Shown: piece by piece, positions 60,016-64,000 of the stretch
Numbering within the stretch: position 1 is the first letter of the stretch
Layout: each line of letters starts with the position of its first letter
DNA from: Rikenellaceae bacterium
GTDB taxonomy: Bacteria; Bacteroidota; Bacteroidia; Bacteroidales; Rikenellaceae
DNA: 64,000 bases
Assembly: GCA_047178665.1 (NCBI GenBank)
Contig: JBCQTK010000005.1
Location: 8,722 to 72,721 of the forward strand
Direction: 5' to 3'
Translations under genes and position numbers: made by a program
Notes under the pieces: generated by a model
Database searches by the model: none
Seen by the model: only the letters and a program-made list of their open reading frames with translations
What the model was told of the DNA's origin: nothing

Positions 60016-61850
60016 TAGTAAGGATGTCGAAATATCAGTTCGTCTTGTACTCGGCTGAGTGTGATGGCTTTGTGGATAGGTTGCGCGACCTTGGGATGGT
60101 CGATATAACCACCTCGGCGTGGGAGGCATCGGATGCTGACCGTGCGCTGATTATGGAGGTTGAGGCGATCCAGAAGGCGGATAAGTTTTTGTCGCAGTTT
60201 GCCGAGAGCGAGTCGTTCGATGGTACGGCTGCGAGCTACACGTCGGGTGAGGAGGCGCTAGGAGTCTACCGCACGCTCGTGGGCAGAATTGCGGAGCTTG
60301 ACGCCGAGATTGTCGATCTGCAGAAGATGTCGTTGGAGGCAGCCCCGTGGGGTGAGTTCGATGGCGAGGTGCTCCGCAAGCTCGACTCTGAGGGGTTGAC
60401 GCTGAGCTTCTATGTGGCGGCGGAGTCTACGTTCGACGTGGATATTGTGTCGCAGGTGTCGGAGCTAACTTCGGAGCTGACGATAGTGCCGATCAGTAGG
60501 GTAGAGGGACGAGTCTACTTCGTCCTCGTGGGTCGTTGTGGCGAGCAGCAGAGTGTCGACATAGATGCGCAGCAGGTCAAGACGCTCCTCTACTCCTCGT
60601 CGCAGGCTGAGGCGAAGATCGCCGAGGCGGAGGCTGCAAAGAGTGCGCTGAGTGGCGATATGTCGAGGGTGGCTCTCTCGCGCGAGCAGATCTTGATGGT
60701 CGGTGCTGGTGCGGCTGAGCGTCTGCAGCTGAGTCGGATCAGTGGTTCGGCGGAGGAGGCTGCGGAGGGTTCGTTGCTCGTGATGGAGGCGTGGGCTGAG
60801 GAGGCTAAGTCGGCTGAGGTCGATGCACTGCTCAACTCGCAGGAGGGTCTCTTCTACCTGAAGAGTAGCCCTACGCCCGAGGATAACACACCGATCAAGC
60901 TGGAGAACAATCGCTATGCGAGGCTCTTCGAGATGGTGAGTAATCTCTATGCGTTGCCGAAGTATGGGACGATCGACCTGACACCATTTTTCGCGCCGTT
61001 CTATATGTTGTTCTTTGCGATCTGTCTGTGCGACGCAGGGTATGGTGCGATCTTGCTGATGGCGGGATTGGCTCTCTACTTCAAGGGTGGCGACGCTATG
61101 CGGCAGCCTGCGTGGTTGACTATCGTGTGCGGTACGACGGCTGTGCTGTTTGGTATGCTGACGGGGTCGGCGTTTGGTGTGGCGTTGGTTGAGAAGCCAG
61201 TGATCGACTTCCAGGCTGACTTCTTCTACGCCTCGATGGGGCTAGGTATCGTGCAGATTTTGTTCGGTATGCTCATCAACATCTTCGTTACGACACGGTC
61301 GTTTGGGCTGAAGTACGCCTTTGGCTCTATTGGGTGGTTCATAATGTTGCTGTCGGCGATTCTGTCGGGGGTGTTGAGTGCCGTTGGTGTCGAGGGCTTT
61401 GGGTTCGACTCTGTGGCGTTCTATGCTGCGGAGGGTGTCGGACTGGCTATGTTGCTACTGCTGAACTCGCCGGGACAGAACATCTTTGCCAACCTCGGTG
61501 CTGGCGTGTGGCAGACCTACGATCGCGCCACAGGATTGTTGGGCGATGTGTTGAGCTATGTGCGTCTCTTTGCGATCGGTTTGTCGGGTGGTGTGTTGGC
61601 GTTGGTGTTCAACAACTTGGCGCTTGGGCTCACGGGGTTGAGCGCAGGATTTGAGGGTCTGGGCGTTGTAGATATGGTTCTGAAGGTGTTGGGTGCGTCG
61701 ATCATTCTGTTGATTGGGCACGGCATCAACCTCTTTATGTCGACCATTTCGTCGTTCGTTCACCCTATGCGACTAACCTTTGTGGAGTTCTACAAGAATG
61801 CAGGCTTCGAGATGTCGTCTCGCAAGTTTGAGCCTCTCGAGAGGGAGTAA
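60012..61850 (+). CDS. ntpI: V/A-type ATPase subunit I (a)
   Basis: P.Y..ID.TP, DAGYG, SYVRLFA (essential Arg), HPMRLTFVEF. Confidence 0.96.
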   Translation: MIVRMSKYQFVLYSAECDGFVDRLRDLGMVDITTSAWEASDADRALIMEVEAIQKADKFLSQFAESESFDGTAASYTSGEEALGVYRTLVGRIAELDAEIVDLQKMSLEAAPWGEFDGEVLRKLDSEGLTLSFYVAAESTFDVDIVSQVSELTSELTIVPISRVEGRVYFVLVGRCGEQQSVDIDAQQVKTLLYSSSQAEAKIAEAEAAKSALSGDMSRVALSREQILMVGAGAAERLQLSRISGSAEEAAEGSLLVMEAWAEEAKSAEVDALLNSQEGLFYLKSSPTPEDNTPIKLENNRYARLFEMVSNLYALPKYGTIDLTPFFAPFYMLFFAICLCDAGYGAILLMAGLALYFKGGDAMRQPAWLTIVCGTTAVLFGMLTGSAFGVALVEKPVIDFQADFFYASMGLGIVQILFGMLINIFVTTRSFGLKYAFGSIGWFIMLLSAILSGVLSAVGVEGFGFDSVAFYAAEGVGLAMLLLLNSPGQNIFANLGAGVWQTYDRATGLLGDVLSYVRLFAIGLSGGVLALVFNNLALGLTGLSAGFEGLGVVDMVLKVLGASIILLIGHGINLFMSTISSFVHPMRLTFVEFYKNAGFEMSSRKFEPLERE

Positions 61851-61898
61851 TTTAGATAAATAATCAGAGTAAATAATAAATTAAATTTCAAAAAAACT

Positions 61899-62363
61899 AT
61901 GGATTCAACAGCAATTATTTTGGCGTATTTGGGTGTAGCCCTAATGGTCGGTTTGGCAGGAGTCGCTTCTGCAATTGGTACATCAACTTGTGGACAGGCT
62001 GCAGTTGGCGCGATGAAGAAAAATGGCGATGCGTTTGGTAGCTATATGGTACTCACTGCGTTGCCAGGTTCGCAGGGACTCTACGGCTTCGTGGCGTTCT
62101 TTATGGCGAGTGAGCTTATTAGCAGCGAGATGACTATTCTGCAGGGTGCTGCGGTGTTGGGTATCGGTATCTTGGTTGGTTTGGTGAACTTGGCTGCGTC
62201 GGTCTATCAGGGACGCGTCTGTGCCAACGGTATCGTAGCTATCGGCAACGGACACGATGTGATGGGTAAGACGTTGATCTTGGCGGCGTTCCCTGAGTTG
62301 TATGCGATCTTGACTGTTGCGGCGACCTTTATGATTATCGAGGCGGTGAAGGTTGTTGCCTAA
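61899..62363 (+). CDS. ntpK: V/A-type ATPase proteolipid subunit K
   Basis: Four TMs, LPGSQGLYG, YQG, FPELYA. Confidence 0.96.
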   Translation: MDSTAIILAYLGVALMVGLAGVASAIGTSTCGQAAVGAMKKNGDAFGSYMVLTALPGSQGLYGFVAFFMASELISSEMTILQGAAVLGIGILVGLVNLAASVYQGRVCANGIVAIGNGHDVMGKTLILAAFPELYAILTVAATFMIIEAVKVVA

Positions 62364-62417
62364 CCCGAGAGCCTTTGTTTGAGCAACTTATCTGAGCTCC
62401 GATCGAGCTAGATTGAG

Positions 62418-62459
62418 AGCGACAATCCCCTGTGGTCAGGGTGGTTGTCGCTTTTTTTT
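62418..62459 (+). terminator. Rho-independent terminator of the ATPase operon
   Basis: AGCGACAATC-CCCTG-TGGT-CAGGG-T-GGTTGTCGCT followed by a T run. Confidence 0.85.
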
Positions 62460-62552
62460 GTTGTGTTTTGGGTCGAAAATAGTTAATGTGTTGTTATATT
62501 TGGGTTCAAAAATATCTATTATTGAAATATTTTACTTAACTTTGCAGAGTTA

Positions 62553-63902
62553 ATGTGTATAAACTATAATGTGTCTAAATATATGGTATTAAGGTTTGAT
62601 CTGTGCAGTGCATATGCGAGACTTCTCTGCGTGGCGACATTCGTGTCGTTGGTGATTGTGGGGTGTGATAAGGGCGATGGAGCGTCGGCAGATGATGGCG
62701 ACGACGACAAGACGGAGGAGATCGTATTTTCGGATCGAGCTATTAGCTTCTCTGCGGAGAGTGTGGCGAGCATTACGAGGAGTACGATTCTGGAGACGGA
62801 AGATTTTGCTATAGACGGACGCACCTTCACCATCTCGGCACGTGTGGCGGATGAGAACCACACGGAGCTCTTCTCGGGCGAGACTATTACATACGACGAG
62901 ACTACTAAAAGGTGGCTCTTCGACAGCGACGCGGAGTACTACTGGCCTATCTCGTTCTATGTCGACTTCTACGCCTACTATAATGCGCCTGAGAATTATA
63001 ACGATAACTCCATAACATTTAGCGATGATGGCAGCACGGCGTCGGTGAGAATCTTGGGTGGTTCTGCTGCGTCTTTAGATAATAATACCGATGACCTTTT
63101 TGTCTGCTCGCGCCATCAGGTGTCGGAGCTCAACGACAACAATATACTGGACATAGTATTCACGCACGCAATGTCGCAGCTCAACGTGCAGTGTGAGCTG
63201 ACGCAGGGGGCTGAGGGCAACTGGGCTGATAAGTATAAAACTATCTCTGTGGAGTTCGAGAGGAGTGTGGAGTTATGTAATCTTGCGTATGGGACGGTGC
63301 TCGATATGAGTATTGACGACGATGGTGAGGCTTTGGTTTCGCCTACTACTGACGATTATTCTGGTACAAACGTGTATACGTGGAGAGTTGCTTCGGAAGA
63401 TGTTGTAGAGATGGTTGCGTTGTCGGCAGAGGGGACGGATGAGTTGACGAAAGCATCTGCGTATGTGAACGACACAGATGTAACGAGGTTGATTGCGCCG
63501 CAGATCCTCACGCCGTGGGACAAGACGGGTATTTTGACGGGTGCTTACCTGAAGTTGCGCTGCAAGATAGTTGCTACAGCGGCGGTTGATATTACGACGA
63601 CGGATGATTTTGGTGTCAGCACCACTATCACTACTGACGAGACCTATAGTGCGTTTTGGAATGGTGGCGATGCAGCTTGGGGTTATATCTATGTGCCGAT
63701 GGATTTTGAGTTGTCGCCTAATAAGGTTGTGACGTATAACATTATCTTTGGCAAGACGGATGTCTTTGGTTATGAGGAGTCGGGTGATGCGATCTATTTG
63801 ACTGATAATAGTGGCAAGTCGTTTGATGAGAACTATCCGGAGTCGTCTGTGGAGGATACGGGTGGTGATGGTGGCGGCGAGCTGATGACGGAGGTGGAGT
63901 AA
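62553..63902 (+). CDS. Fimbrillin (type V pilus, Mfa-like) family lipoprotein; alternative start 62583
   Basis: Lipobox IVGC-D, ISF...TR, YYWP, FYAY, D(L), F.HAMSQL, and C-terminal L.PNKVVTYNI. Promoter TAACTTTG at 62537-62544. Confidence 0.8.
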   Translation: MCINYNVSKYMVLRFDLCSAYARLLCVATFVSLVIVGCDKGDGASADDGDDDKTEEIVFSDRAISFSAESVASITRSTILETEDFAIDGRTFTISARVADENHTELFSGETITYDETTKRWLFDSDAEYYWPISFYVDFYAYYNAPENYNDNSITFSDDGSTASVRILGGSAASLDNNTDDLFVCSRHQVSELNDNNILDIVFTHAMSQLNVQCELTQGAEGNWADKYKTISVEFERSVELCNLAYGTVLDMSIDDDGEALVSPTTDDYSGTNVYTWRVASEDVVEMVALSAEGTDELTKASAYVNDTDVTRLIAPQILTPWDKTGILTGAYLKLRCKIVATAAVDITTTDDFGVSTTITTDETYSAFWNGGDAAWGYIYVPMDFELSPNKVVTYNIIFGKTDVFGYEESGDAIYLTDNSGKSFDENYPESSVEDTGGDGGGELMTEVE

Positions 63903-63910
63903 TAACAACT

Positions 63911-63985
63911 GCGAAACAAAGTTTCGCCAGCTCCGCGGAGAGCACTCCGCCCGCCGGAGGCAGTGGCGAGGGTAACGCACGCCAC
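63911..63985. repeat. Cluster of short GC-rich inverted repeats (REP/MITE-like or structured RNA); may continue past the window
   Basis: GCGAAAC/GTTTCGC, palindrome CTCCGCGGAG, GCGGAG/CTCCGC, GTGGCG/CGCCAC. Confidence 0.45.
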
Positions 63986-64000
63986 CACCGAAAAAAAGCG

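Overview
Core-chromosome segment of a Bacteroidota bacterium, most consistent with Rikenellaceae (Alistipes-like). Evidence: TAnnTTTG -7 promoters, AT-rich leaders without Shine-Dalgarno motifs, and Bacteroidales-type gene content. It is mostly housekeeping: leuS, prfA, xseAB, ahcY, psd/cdsA/ftsH/rsfS, oxyR, trpS, truA, dapB, lepB, uvrA, tRNA-Gln, nusB, parEC, aroK, murI, ftsK, lolA, holA, tilS, murB and a V/A-type ATPase operon, with a fimbrillin-like lipoprotein at the right end. The most notable locus is a compact 2.7 kb module (725-3416). It holds an intact phage large terminase and a 96-aa unknown ORF, divergent from a CI/LexA-type autocleaving repressor across face-to-face promoters. There is no integrase, portal, capsid or recognisable att site, and the conserved terminase body has host-like sequence signatures. 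It is a candidate domesticated, damage-inducible DNA-packaging module (for example part of a dispersed gene transfer agent). Other oddities: a class-IV aminotransferase homolog lacking the PLP lysine, a degenerate MBL-NTF2 fusion, strong depletion of CATG/CCGG/GGCC, about half of the stops being TAG, and structured non-coding elements upstream of nusB and at the window end. All calls come from reading motifs by eye; no database search was run.
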